From: an uncultured Nitrospiraceae bacterium
GTDB taxonomy: Bacteria > Nitrospirota > Thermodesulfovibrionia > Thermodesulfovibrionales > Dissulfurispiraceae
Reading direction: 5' to 3'
Length of the DNA stretch: 64,000 nt
NCBI GenBank assembly: GCA_963727805.1
Contig: CAVSHF010000003.1
Location: 768,001 to 832,000 of the forward strand
The position numbers were made by a program, and so were the translations under genes. Below are positions 43,801-54,731 of this stretch, in pieces. Every line of letters starts with the position of its first letter. The stretch's first letter is position 1. The notes beneath the pieces are model-generated. The model was not told where the DNA came from. It did no database searches and worked only from the letters and a program-made list of their open reading frames with translations.

Positions 43801-44106
43801 ATGGACAGAAAATCGGCAAACAGCAGATTCCTTAGTTATTGCATGGTTACCCTATCGGCATTTATGGCCATCGTCATATTGATAGGTGAGACCGCCCTTG
43901 CGGTCGCACTGATCGCTGCGGTGATCGACAATAGCCATCCTTCGGTGTTTGTATTTGTAGTCAGCGCAATTACTCTCGCTGCTATGTTTATTATTGCGGT
44001 AAGAGTCCTCTCGCTGGAACTAGCAGAATATCAGAGGGCTGCGGCTTCAGAAGAACACACCTTTTCAGTGGAAGATAATGACTTCACTAATTGCAGGCCA
44101 GTCTGA
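43801..44106 (+). CDS. Hypothetical membrane protein
   Basis: Two TM segments; GAGGTG RBS. Confidence 0.6.
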   Translation: MDRKSANSRFLSYCMVTLSAFMAIVILIGETALAVALIAAVIDNSHPSVFVFVVSAITLAAMFIIAVRVLSLELAEYQRAAASEEHTFSVEDNDFTNCRPV

Positions 44107-44889
44107 GCCGTCCCCTCTGGCCAAGGTAGGTTTTGCCGGTTGAGTATCCAGATGCAAGGAATCGGACACGGAGCAACGATCCAGTGATGTTCAATGAGAA
44201 TCTGAAGGGACTTCGCAACTACTGCTGACTGTCCCTCAATCTCTATGACATTTACACCGTCCCGTTTAAAAAGCTATATATTGCCTATAATCGATCCTTC
44301 CATCTTGGCACTGTTGGTACCGAAAAACAATTTTCAGTACGGGATGCCATATGCAAAACTATCTTCCTGAATGAATATGCGTAGTACAACTGTATATTGT
44401 TACATACTTCTCGAGTTGATTTTGATGAGTTGTAGGTGTTATTGGCACCCGATGAACGGAAATGATTTTGAAGACTTTTGGTTAAGTTCAGTGTCTGAAA
44501 TACCAGATCTGCGGACATGACGATATAGCCTCTCTGAAGATAAAGTAACAGAGACACCTTTAGGCGCTCGGGTTGCCGGAAACGGATTGAGGATATACTC
44601 GGGCATTGGCAGAGTATATCTACCACAATTCGTATAGTTCCAAAGATGGGTCGAAGATTATAGACCAGGCGTCGAGAGGCTGAAACGGGAGACGGTCATG
44701 GTCTAAGGGCAAGTAATGAAGACATATCTAGCTGGTTAAATGGTCCTTGTTGGCTGACAAAAAGAGGGTACGCGCGAGTCACCCGGCTTGCCCAGATAAA
44801 GTTTAAACTTAAGGGGGTTTGTTTCTCTTTAGTCGGAAAGGTGGTATGATTGCAGGAAGACCATACTGATAAAAAAGAGAGAAATAAAC

Positions 44890-45342
44890 ATGATAAACCA
44901 AAACGGAGATACGAGGCTTTTTTCGATAAAGGATTTACACGAATCTTTAGGGATGAGCGAGCAAACGTTAACATATTGGTTTGATATAGGGAAGCTCAAA
45001 GGTATCAAACTCGGAACAGAGTGGCACATCTCAGAAGGTGATCTCAAGGCTATTTTCAACATCAAGCATGTTGTCACCCGTGAACAATTCAAGGCGGCTG
45101 TCTTGGAAATTGAGAATGCTTTAAGGGGAAACGAGCCCATATCTAAACAGGCAAACGCTGCACTAAAAGTGTTATCCCGTGAAATTAAGATGAAAAATGC
45201 ATTACTTCGATTGTTCAAAGAGAATTCTCGTCTTTTTAAGAAGGAAGATTCTATAGACTACCAACTTTCAAAAATAATGGTTGATGACTTAGGAATCATA
45301 GATAAGACGTTGCGGAGCCGCAAAAAGGATAAGTCCGACTGA
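44890..45342 (+). CDS. Excisionase-like HTH DNA-binding protein
   Basis: LFSIKDL..LGMSEQTL..W...GKLKGIKLG.EWHI. Confidence 0.8.
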   Translation: MINQNGDTRLFSIKDLHESLGMSEQTLTYWFDIGKLKGIKLGTEWHISEGDLKAIFNIKHVVTREQFKAAVLEIENALRGNEPISKQANAALKVLSREIKMKNALLRLFKENSRLFKKEDSIDYQLSKIMVDDLGIIDKTLRSRKKDKSD

Positions 45343-45355
45343 TGGATAACACGAC

Positions 45356-45688
45356 ATGGTTTGTTTTCGCCTCTCTAGGCGCTTCAAGATATGTTCACGC
45401 ATCTCGCTGAATATCAGCAAATACGGGCCTTCGATCTCTATCGGGCCTCGAGGACTGAAAGCTGCCTTTATGCCGCAGGGGATCCGGAAGACTGCCGGGA
45501 TCCCAGAGACTAGTGTTTATTACAGTGAACAGGAGAAATACAAGGGCGAAGATAAACCGCAGTTGGCACAGTCGAGCGGAGGCTTATTGAAGGGCTATTT
45601 ATGCGTCATGTTGGCGGCATCGTTTTTATTATCGCCGTTAATAAAATCAAATAAAGGAGTGATGAGATGCGGATCAGGCCCCTCATAA
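45356..45688 (+). CDS. DUF4236-like protein, probably degenerate
   Basis: FR..RRFKI....LNISK.GPSISIGPRG..GIRKTAGIP.T..YYS. Confidence 0.6.
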   Translation: MVCFRLSRRFKICSRISLNISKYGPSISIGPRGLKAAFMPQGIRKTAGIPETSVYYSEQEKYKGEDKPQLAQSSGGLLKGYLCVMLAASFLLSPLIKSNKGVMRCGSGPS

Positions 45689-46209
45689 TTTACGCCGGAA
45701 TAATCATTATGAGTCTGGGCATTTCCAGTTGTACGAAAAACGATGAAAAAGGCAGCGTTGCAATACGTGAAAAAATATCAGAAGAGCTTCATAGTACTGA
45801 TTCCGATGCTATGAAACTATATAATATTCGGCGTCTTAATTTTGACCTTGCAATGGCTTACAACCGGGAGATTAAACCTGAAAAGGCAATAGAAATACTC
45901 CAAGATCTAATTAAGAAAAATAGAAATCCATATGACCCGATTGTTGGAATGAAATTTGAAATGGCGTCTGCTTCTTATGGCATGGAAGCTCTCTATTATA
46001 AAGAGCTTGCGAAATCGTATTCTCTGCAGAAGGAGGCTAAAGCTGAAAAGAAAGCATTGAGCAAGGCTGAACATGCCGAGACAATGGAAAATAAGCTAAA
46101 GCCCATCGAGACGACGAAGTATAAAGCGAGAAAGCAAAAAATAGGTAAGAACAACGGCAGTAGGAACAATTTAATATCATGTAGTAATTTCATGTTTATC
46201 TCAGCCTGA
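45667..46209 (+). CDS. Hypothetical lipoprotein
   Basis: Lipobox ISSC; helical protein. Confidence 0.65.
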   Translation: MRIRPLIIYAGIIIMSLGISSCTKNDEKGSVAIREKISEELHSTDSDAMKLYNIRRLNFDLAMAYNREIKPEKAIEILQDLIKKNRNPYDPIVGMKFEMASASYGMEALYYKELAKSYSLQKEAKAEKKALSKAEHAETMENKLKPIETTKYKARKQKIGKNNGSRNNLISCSNFMFISA

Positions 46210-46514
46210 TATGGTTCTCACCAGCGTGGGGTACCGTTTAGCAGCGTCCGAGTTAAGTGGCGTGTTAGGGTGTTGACACTTATTAATTCCAGATATCATA
46301 TTCACGGCTTTTTAGATATTGTATAAAGTTATAAAAGAACCAATCTACCAGCCCCGATATGTATAGGAAAACAGCGAGCAAATGAGTTTCCCTGATTTTG
46401 TTGCTTCGTTAGAGATGCAAGGATGGCGTACGTATTTCATGGTTATATGTTTCCGAACTAAGTCGGAACGAACGTCCGACCTTGCCTCGATTTTCCAGTT
46501 GAACTATTTAGAAA

Positions 46515-46910
46515 CTAATTGGGAACCCAGCAATCAAGAAGAGACGTTATATCTTTGCTGAATTGTTTTAAGTCAAGGGCTTTGTGCAGATAACCGTTAG
46601 CCCCTGCGGCATAAGCCTCTTTTTCGTCAGATTCGAGGGATGATGAGGTCACAACAACCACGGGGATTTTATCGATTCTGGCATCGGCACGAATCTCTTG
46701 CAATGTCTCGATTCCACTCATACCGCACATCTTCAAATCGAGCAATATAAGTGCCGGTAGATCTCCTCCCTCCCGCAAGTACTTAAGAGCGTCTTCTCCG
46801 CTCACAGCTACTTTTACCTTTACTTCGGGTCGTGCTGCATCGAGGGCTATTTCCGTGAGCTCGATATCATCCTTATTGTCGTCTACAATTAAGATAGTGC
46901 TCATCATCAC
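46515..46910 (-). CDS. Single-domain response regulator
   Basis: ILIVDD, LLDLKM, TSS, YLHK receiver motifs. Confidence 0.93.
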   Translation of the reverse strand: MMMSTILIVDDNKDDIELTEIALDAARPEVKVKVAVSGEDALKYLREGGDLPALILLDLKMCGMSGIETLQEIRADARIDKIPVVVVTSSSLESDEKEAYAAGANGYLHKALDLKQFSKDITSLLDCWVPN

Positions 46911-46918
46911 TCCATGCG

Positions 46919-49681
46919 TCAGCCTAACTTGAATAAAATTGTAGCACCCTTCTTATCTTCGCCTTCAGCCCATATCTTACCGCCGTGACGACGGATGATG
47001 CGCTCAACTATTGCAAGACCAATTCCTGTTCCTTCAAACTCTTCACTTCTATGAAGCCGGTGAAAAGGCGCAAACATCTTATTGGCGTATTCCTGGTTAA
47101 ACCCTGCACCATTATCCTTGACGTAAAAAACTGTCTTTCCTCCCTCGTCAACTGTTGCAAACTCGATCTGTGCATTCTCTGTTTTTGAAGTGAACTTCCA
47201 GGCGTTGCCCAATAAATTGGATAATACAATCTTGATCAGCCCCAAGTCAGCAAGGGCTGAACTGCCTTCTTTTATTTTAATATCGACCTTTCTGTCCGCA
47301 TTGGACTCTTGCAGTTCAGCAATAATGGCTGCGGCAAGACTGCTCAAATTAACTTCAGTCCGTATCATCTCTTGACGAGATATATGTGAAAGACGCAGAA
47401 GGTCATCAATGAGTCGGCTCATTTTAGACGCGCCAAGTTGGATGCGGTTCAGGTAGTTCCTCCTCTTATCGTCGAGACAATCATCTGCAATACCTTGAAA
47501 AAGCATCGAAGAAAAGCCCGAAATGGCACGCAGAGGACCGCGGAGATCGTGTGATATAGAATAAACAAATGATTCCATCTCTTTATTGGCAAACTCAAGT
47601 TCTTTATTCCTTGCACCAAGGTCTTCATTTAGCTTGCGTATCCGTTCTTCACTCTTCTTTCGTCCGGTTATGTCGATGCCGTGAACAAAGATGCCGGAGA
47701 CAGATCCGTCTGACTCTCGTAAAGGCAGATAAACAAACTCAAGCCAAACTTCTTCCAGTTGCCCATTCATACCACGTGCAAGCTTCAGAGAGACATCGTT
47801 TGCAGAAAAAGGCTTACCGGTTTGGAATACGCGGTCCAGTATCTGGGGATAAGGAGTGGCAGAAATTTCCGGCAGGGCGTCCGAAAGCTTCTTGCCGATG
47901 ATGTTGCGTCGCCCTATAATCTGGAAATATTTGTCGTTTGCAAGTTCGAAGACGTGGTCCGGACCTCGCAGAATACATACGAATGACGGTGATCGCTCAA
48001 CGATCTCGGCGAGACGTCGTTCGCTCTCGCGCTGGGCTTGCTCGGTCTGTTTGCGTTCAGTGATGTCGGTGATAAACGAATAGAAATACTCAGGCTTCCC
48101 GAGGGAATCCATTTTGAGGTGGACCAGCAGCTCGATTGGCACCCGGCTGCCATCCTTCCTGATATACTCCTTCTCGTACCGAACTGGTTGACCCGTGTGG
48201 AGCAGCTCATCCAGCTTCTCATGTTCACGTTTCTGCCATTCGGGCGGAGTGAGGGTTGTTACCCAGTCCATCAATCGGAGTTCCGTCCCATTGTACCCTG
48301 TCAGTCGCTCAAAAGCTCTATTAACAAGCCCAAGACGCCCGTCCGGATATCCTACGCCAAAAGGTTGGCTCGAGTGCTCGAGAATATTTCCAAGGAACTC
48401 GTTTTGTCGCTGGCTCTCCCGCAACGCTTCCTTTGCTTGCTTGCGCTCATTGGTAAGTTCGGTCTCAGCCTCTGCCTTGCTAGCACGAGCCTTGGCACGA
48501 TGCATGGCCTCAGTAATGAACGTGATGATCATGCAACTCATCAGGAAGACCGCCATACCAAGCCAATCGGCAGGATGCCCGATAGACAATTGCCCCACTG
48601 GCTCAATCCAAAGATAATCGACCAATAAAGCAGAGAATGCGGTTGCCAACAGCCCTGACTGCAGGCCTCCGTAAAGCGCAGCCAACATCACGGCGGGATA
48701 GAATGTCAAATAGGAGTTGCGCATTCCCAGTGCCTGCAAGAAGACTAACCGCACAACGGCGGCAGCGATAACGCTCGCGATGGCAACGCCATATCGATAC
48801 CGCGCCTCGGTCAGCGCCTGTCCCAGCGTTATCACTTGAACGCCTGACTCGCGCATGGAAGCAATAGCAGCAATGAACATATAGGCCCCGCCGAGGAACT
48901 GTCCTATACGCCCCGCCCAACTTAGCATGTTGGCGTGGACTGACTCAATCAGAATGCCGAGCAGCCCGGCCGCGATCAGCAGCAAAGCGAGCGCATACCA
49001 GTATATAAACGGAGATAGAGAGTGGCGGTTAGCCGCCCACAACAGGACGGCAGTGAGGGTGAACATGATCATGGCCGAGCCTAGCACAAATGTTCTCACA
49101 AGTGTCCCACCCTGCCCCTGAACAAAAAAGGGCGGCATCCAGCTTGCCAATGCTGACTGAGTGACCAACCAAACCGTACCCAGGGTGACTCCGAAACCTG
49201 CCGCTAGCCACAGGTTTCGCGTATCAATGACGGTCCACCTCGACTGCAGCGAGATGACAGCTCCCACTAAATGACACAGGGCCGACAACCAAACACAGAC
49301 GTTGTGAATCGTGATGAAGGTGTTGATGTCGAGTTGGCCGGCTCCCATCATGAGGCCGGCGGCGATCCCCGTGATTCCCGCGGCGCCCCAGCACACAGTA
49401 CCGCAGCAAAGCATCAGCAGTCCGGGCATTCCACTGACCAAAAAGCTCCGGCCAATTAGAAAGGAGATGCACAGGGATGTAACCACTACGAAGACGAAGT
49501 TCAGACCCGTCAGTAGATATAGTGACTCATAAGGTGTTCGCAGATCCGCGGCCCACAGCGCGGCGATGCTCACAAGCAAAAGTGGGATCGGTAGCCACGC
49601 CAGCCGTCTCAGATCATACCGTGAGTTAGTTGGGCCAGGAGATCCGTCTTTCGCCCAGTTTTGCTTTATCTCATTGGTCAT
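46919..49681 (-). CDS. Membrane-bound PAS/PAC sensor histidine kinase (DUF4118-like TM block)
   Basis: Many TMs, two PAS domains, SHDLRGPL H-box, NAWKFT, DNGAGF, GTGIGL. Confidence 0.94.
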   Translation of the reverse strand: MTNEIKQNWAKDGSPGPTNSRYDLRRLAWLPIPLLLVSIAALWAADLRTPYESLYLLTGLNFVFVVVTSLCISFLIGRSFLVSGMPGLLMLCCGTVCWGAAGITGIAAGLMMGAGQLDINTFITIHNVCVWLSALCHLVGAVISLQSRWTVIDTRNLWLAAGFGVTLGTVWLVTQSALASWMPPFFVQGQGGTLVRTFVLGSAMIMFTLTAVLLWAANRHSLSPFIYWYALALLLIAAGLLGILIESVHANMLSWAGRIGQFLGGAYMFIAAIASMRESGVQVITLGQALTEARYRYGVAIASVIAAAVVRLVFLQALGMRNSYLTFYPAVMLAALYGGLQSGLLATAFSALLVDYLWIEPVGQLSIGHPADWLGMAVFLMSCMIITFITEAMHRAKARASKAEAETELTNERKQAKEALRESQRQNEFLGNILEHSSQPFGVGYPDGRLGLVNRAFERLTGYNGTELRLMDWVTTLTPPEWQKREHEKLDELLHTGQPVRYEKEYIRKDGSRVPIELLVHLKMDSLGKPEYFYSFITDITERKQTEQAQRESERRLAEIVERSPSFVCILRGPDHVFELANDKYFQIIGRRNIIGKKLSDALPEISATPYPQILDRVFQTGKPFSANDVSLKLARGMNGQLEEVWLEFVYLPLRESDGSVSGIFVHGIDITGRKKSEERIRKLNEDLGARNKELEFANKEMESFVYSISHDLRGPLRAISGFSSMLFQGIADDCLDDKRRNYLNRIQLGASKMSRLIDDLLRLSHISRQEMIRTEVNLSSLAAAIIAELQESNADRKVDIKIKEGSSALADLGLIKIVLSNLLGNAWKFTSKTENAQIEFATVDEGGKTVFYVKDNGAGFNQEYANKMFAPFHRLHRSEEFEGTGIGLAIVERIIRRHGGKIWAEGEDKKGATILFKLG

Positions 49682-50050
49682 GAGTCATTCTTGCATTCGG
49701 GCATGGATAATATCTGTAGCACTGTGACGCAATATATTAACAGTAGCTATTAAGGACAGTATTATAATATGGGATCGGCTATTTACTGAAGGCTTTCCCG
49801 CTTCTCCAGAGACTTTAAAAAGAAAGGTTTTACGAGCAAACATGATATTAATATATACAGAGCTCGACTCTCCTGCAAGGGTTAGTCAGACTCGGTGTAA
49901 ATCTCATGCGGTTGCGCCTTACAGACTACTTACCTAATACATCAACTGGTTTAGCGGTCTTCAACATGCGTTGACTACAGAAACGACATGAAGAAGTCTT
50001 GGATCTCTATTTTTTCTGGTAACTCACACGGACATCTGTCAAATAATAAA

Positions 50051-50085
50051 AAAGGGAGAGTAACCGTGCCGTTTACTCTCCCTTT
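50051..50085 (-). terminator. Intrinsic terminator
   Basis: AAAGGGAGAGTAA/TTACTCTCCCTTT 13-bp stem followed by a T-run on the minus strand, just after the DUF1059 stop. Confidence 0.85.
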
Positions 50086-50089
50086 CAGT

Positions 50090-50254
50090 TCAGGCAGGCT
50101 TTATCATTTCCTTTACTTCTTTTTCCGAGATTTTCATGTTGTGCTTCTTTTGCGCGTGCTGCATCGCAAGCTCAATAATTTCCTTTTCATCATGGCTCTT
50201 TACACTGAAATTGCAGGGCGCCGGGCATTCGATCTTTTTCATTACGGTTGCCAT
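50090..50254 (-). CDS. DUF1059-family small metal-binding protein (54 aa)
   Basis: Manual translation MATVMKKIECPAPCNFSVKSHDEKEIIELAMQHAQKKHNMKISEKEVKEMIKPA; GGAGG RBS; below ORF-track cutoff. Confidence 0.85.
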   Translation of the reverse strand: MATVMKKIECPAPCNFSVKSHDEKEIIELAMQHAQKKHNMKISEKEVKEMIKPA

Positions 50255-50637
50255 ATGCATCACCTCCTTTACATTCAGGCAAGAAATAGTGAGCGCGAAT
50301 GAGCGCTTAAATTAGTCACGTTATAAATTAATATATACTTTAAGTATCTGGCCCCATATAAGCATTTATCTATTTTTTGCGTCGGAAGTATTCTGATTTA
50401 GACGTAGGGAACTATCCTACATATTTAAATAAATTTCGATCTTCCCTCGGGTAAGCACCCGACTTGCAGGCACATTTGATTATTATCGATTGAGGATTTA
50501 CTGCGAATTATTAGTTGTACTCTTCTCTTCTTATCAGCTTATCAAAAATACGGATTACAGAAAGGATTTGAGTAATGTTGTGGCCGGTCGGGGAAACTAC
50601 AATCCTCACTTCATTCGGGTGAATAAAGTAATATTGC

Positions 50638-51084
50638 TCATCTCTTGACGTCCGGTGGCAACTTGACGATGGTCAGCCAGAATCCCTCGATAGATTTCAC
50701 AACCGTAATAAACTCCTCCAGGTTTATCGGCTTAGTGATGTAACAGTTTGCATACAGGTCGTAGGACTTAAGTATGTCTTCCTCGTCCTTGGATACCGAA
50801 AGAACTACTACGGGGATACGTCTCAGGTTGGGGTCCGCCTTTATCTCTGCCAGCACCTCCCTTCCGTCTTTCTTCGGCAAGTTCAGGTCAAGCAGTATGA
50901 GGTCCGGTCGGGATGCCTCAGCGTAATCCCCTTCACGCCTGAGATAGGCCAGTGCCGTAACACCATCGTTGACAGTGCACATATTGTTACGAACCTTGGC
51001 TTCCTTGAGGACCTCTATCGTCAGGCGTACATCTCCGGGATTGTCCTCCACCAGTAGGATTTCGATAGGCTGTTCGTTATTCAT
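50638..51084 (-). CDS. Rcp1-like single-domain response regulator
   Basis: [32 protein letters not shown]. Confidence 0.95.
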   Translation of the reverse strand: MNNEQPIEILLVEDNPGDVRLTIEVLKEAKVRNNMCTVNDGVTALAYLRREGDYAEASRPDLILLDLNLPKKDGREVLAEIKADPNLRRIPVVVLSVSKDEEDILKSYDLYANCYITKPINLEEFITVVKSIEGFWLTIVKLPPDVKR

Positions 51085-51176
51085 GATTTTTTTTGCTCCC
51101 TTTGCGCAGGTATTGTGAAATATAACGTTGACCCCATACTCGGCTCTACCCAGATCATTCCTCCATGCTGCTCCAG
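51081..51176 (-). pseudogene. C-terminal remnant of a histidine kinase
   Basis: [31 protein letters not shown]; stop overlaps the regulator ATG (ATGA). Confidence 0.75.
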
Positions 51177-52008
51177 AGAAGGTTCAAAAAAGAAAGATAT
51201 TTATTATCAGTTGCTTTTTAATCTCAGCACCGTTAGTCAAACATAAAAAAATAGCTCTTTGTCTTTCGATATGTCAAATAGATTTTATCGTTGCAATTAT
51301 GATGAAGATAATTACAAAATGCAACACAAGAAGTCACTTCTTAAAACATCCGCTTCTCATCTGGCTCTTCTCACATGATGCCGATTTTACCAATGACAAA
51401 GAATTACAAACATGATAGTCTGTCAGTAGGTCTATTCCCATGTAGTTGCATAGCACTCAAGAACTACCGTGAAAGTCATAGCGTTGCTTTCCTCCCTCCT
51501 GACATACGCCTAGCAGTCGTAATGAGCAGCCATTAGTTCAAATAATAATTGTCAAAAGCCTCTAGGGGATCGAATTCGAGAAGATATTCACTTTCCGTTG
51601 ATATGCTGAGGCAGTGCCGCATGATGCAAAGAGATTGCATGCTCCAGTAGAGTGAAGGGCTTGTTTTTTTGCTCCGCCTATTGCAGTGCTTATCGCTTAA
51701 TGCTTTGTCTTTCCAAAAAAATGGCAATCAATACGGCAGTGTCAAAAAGAGATAGAGTAATAATATTTATCATGGTGCCTGCACGCATTTTACTGTGTCG
51801 CATGATTGTCCAATCGCATCGAACCGCAGCAAACACGTATGGGCTGAGATTGACGCTTACGAGTAGAATAGATTAAATTGGAGTAAAAGCGACTGGGAAA
51901 GCGTAGAATAATAGAGTCCCTGAAGTGCTTTTTACTTCTCCATCTATTCACGCCTAACCTATATTATTACGATGGCATTGATAGAAATTGCTGAGATGAG
52001 GCATCTGA

Positions 52009-54396
52009 ATGGAAGACGACAATAAAACTAAAGAAGAATCGCTCCTCGAAATGAGAGATTTGCAACAACATCACTCTGGACCTCATGCAACAACTGCAAA
52101 GGGAAGTCCTCAGCAAGTGTACCCACTCTGTGGCGAGACATTTTTTCGCTCACTGATTGAAAACTCCCTTGACATCATTACAGTTTTGGATGCAGATGGG
52201 TTATATCTGTATCAAAGCCCCAACCTTGAACAGGTATTGGGATATAAGCCTGAAGAACTGATCGGGAAAAGTGCTTTTGATTACATTAATCATGAAGACC
52301 TGGCGGCGGTCATGGATGCCTTCAATTTTGGAGTAAGTCATCCGGGAGCTTCAAGATCTGCAGAATATCGTTTCCGCGCAAAAGACGGCTCCTGGCGTCA
52401 TTTCGAGTCAGTGGGCAAGATGCTCCCCCCCAACGTGGGAATATCAGGAGTCGTCATCAACAGCCGAGATATCACGGACCGCAAACATGCAGAGGAGTTA
52501 CTGCTGAAGAGCGAACGTCGTCTCCGTAGGGCTGAAGAGGTGGCCAATTTTGGCAATTGGGAATTCCTCATGGATGACAAAGTAGTTCTCGCTTCCGATG
52601 GAGCCAAAACTATCTACGGTCTTAAAGGTAGTGAATGGCAAATTCCCGATGTGCAGGCAATCCCTCTCCCTGAGTATCGCACTATGCTTGATATTGCATT
52701 AACCGAGCTAATTGAGAAGGGCAAACCTTATAACGTCGAATTCAAGATACGAAGGCCAGCCGATGGGAGAATAATCGATATCCAGTCACTAGCTGAATAT
52801 GATTCCGCGAATAGGATTGTGTTTGGCGTCGTGCAGGACATCACAGAGCGCACAAGGACTGAAGAAGCACGCCGCGTTGCGGAAAAGACATTTAGAAATT
52901 TACTAGAGACTATCCAACTTGTGGCGATTTTGCTTGATCGCGATGGCAATATGACATTCTGCAATGATTACTTGCTGAATCTAACCGGCTGGGGAAAAAA
53001 GGAAGTATTCGGACAAAACTGGCAAAACCTCTTAATCCCTCAAGAGGAAAAAGAACATATGAACACTATCTTCTCTTCAGTTATCAGAGGAGAAAAGGTC
53101 AATTTACATGATGAGAGTCTTATTGTTACGCGTACGGGGAAAGAACTCTTAATATCTTGGAACAACACGGTGCTTCATGACTTGGAAGGGAAGATTGCCG
53201 GGATGGCTAGCATTGGAATCGATATCACAGCCCACAGAAGCCTGGAGGCCCAACTCAGACAGGCACAGAAGATGGAGGCTGTAGGTATCCTCGCAGGAGG
53301 CATCGCACATGACTTCAATAATATCCTCACCACAATAATGGGGTATGGTCATATCGTGCGATCTAAATTAAATGACAATGATCCGATGGCGTCCAGTGTT
53401 GAACAGATACTTGAAGCTGCGGATCGAGCAGCACAACTTACGCGTAGCCTTCTTGCATTCAGCAGAAAGCAAATTCTCAATCTCAAGCCTGTCAAAATTA
53501 ATGATATTATCAGCAGATTTGCAACATTTGTCTCTAGACTCATAGGCGATGATATTGAAATAAGTACTCCGCTAGCTCCTGATGAAATTGTCATCAATGC
53601 TGATTCGGTGCAAATTGATCAAGTACTGATGAACCTCGCGACAAATGCTAAGGACGCCATGCCTAATGGCGGGTGTTTCACTATAAGCACACGATTGGTT
53701 GAAAGTAATGATGAAAACTTCATTCTAGCGCATCCGGATGCTCAGCCTGGTATGTTTGTGCATATTTCAGTATCCGACACAGGCGAGGGTATGACAACAG
53801 AGGAGATCGGGAAGATATTTGATCCTTTCTTCACTACAAAAGACATAGGCAAAGGTACAGGCCTCGGACTTGCTATGGTCTATAGCATAATTGATCAGCA
53901 CAACGGGTATCTAAACGTTACGAGTGCACCCGGCAAGGGCAGCAACTTTAACATTTATCTTCCGATACATAGACAGGGAACAGAAACTTATGAGATGAGG
54001 ACTGCGGAATCTCTTGTCCTTGCTGGGTCTGAGACAATACTTGTAGCTGAAGATGACAAGAAATTAAGGACGCTTGCTGAAATCATTCTTAAGCAGCATG
54101 GTTACCATGTAATCCTAGCTGAAGATGGAGAGGACGCGATAAGCAAATTTATGACCCACAAAGATGAGATTCAACTTGTCATCCTCGATATGATAATGCC
54201 AAAAAAGAGCGGGATACAAGTCGATAATGAAATAAAGAAAATAAAACCTGACATCAAATCTTTTTTTGCAAGCGGATACACCGCTGATAAAATCGTTGGC
54301 ACTGATACGTGCGATAAAGAATTGGAATTAATTATGAAACCGTGGTCGCCAAAGGCGCTCTTAAGGAAAGTGAGAGAAGTGTTGAATAAAAAATGA
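52009..54396 (+). CDS. Cytoplasmic hybrid PAS histidine kinase/receiver
   Basis: Three PAS domains; [31 protein letters not shown]-terminal receiver. Confidence 0.95.
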   Translation: MEDDNKTKEESLLEMRDLQQHHSGPHATTAKGSPQQVYPLCGETFFRSLIENSLDIITVLDADGLYLYQSPNLEQVLGYKPEELIGKSAFDYINHEDLAAVMDAFNFGVSHPGASRSAEYRFRAKDGSWRHFESVGKMLPPNVGISGVVINSRDITDRKHAEELLLKSERRLRRAEEVANFGNWEFLMDDKVVLASDGAKTIYGLKGSEWQIPDVQAIPLPEYRTMLDIALTELIEKGKPYNVEFKIRRPADGRIIDIQSLAEYDSANRIVFGVVQDITERTRTEEARRVAEKTFRNLLETIQLVAILLDRDGNMTFCNDYLLNLTGWGKKEVFGQNWQNLLIPQEEKEHMNTIFSSVIRGEKVNLHDESLIVTRTGKELLISWNNTVLHDLEGKIAGMASIGIDITAHRSLEAQLRQAQKMEAVGILAGGIAHDFNNILTTIMGYGHIVRSKLNDNDPMASSVEQILEAADRAAQLTRSLLAFSRKQILNLKPVKINDIISRFATFVSRLIGDDIEISTPLAPDEIVINADSVQIDQVLMNLATNAKDAMPNGGCFTISTRLVESNDENFILAHPDAQPGMFVHISVSDTGEGMTTEEIGKIFDPFFTTKDIGKGTGLGLAMVYSIIDQHNGYLNVTSAPGKGSNFNIYLPIHRQGTETYEMRTAESLVLAGSETILVAEDDKKLRTLAEIILKQHGYHVILAEDGEDAISKFMTHKDEIQLVILDMIMPKKSGIQVDNEIKKIKPDIKSFFASGYTADKIVGTDTCDKELELIMKPWSPKALLRKVREVLNKK

Positions 54397-54731
54397 GCAC
54401 ATATTTTGCTTTTTAATCGGCCACAGTGCCACTTTCTTATGTAAAAGGCTCAGACAGCGCTGAATGAGACTCTAATATGCACCAAAATCTTTATTATCGG
54501 AACATGAACTGTCGGAACCCTTTTCCCCTTTCAAGGCAACATCTCGATGCTGCGGTGGGGATTGCGCATATCTCTCCAGACAGCCGCTGTCTGAGTGATA
54601 CCGAAAGCTGTGCGAGCTCGTAGTTATGCTTAATATGCAGGACATCACTAGAGCGAGAGGGCCTTACTGATCGCAAGGATTTGTTTAATGCATAGCTTTA
54701 ATCGTCAGAACGGCATGCGTCCCGAAATGAC

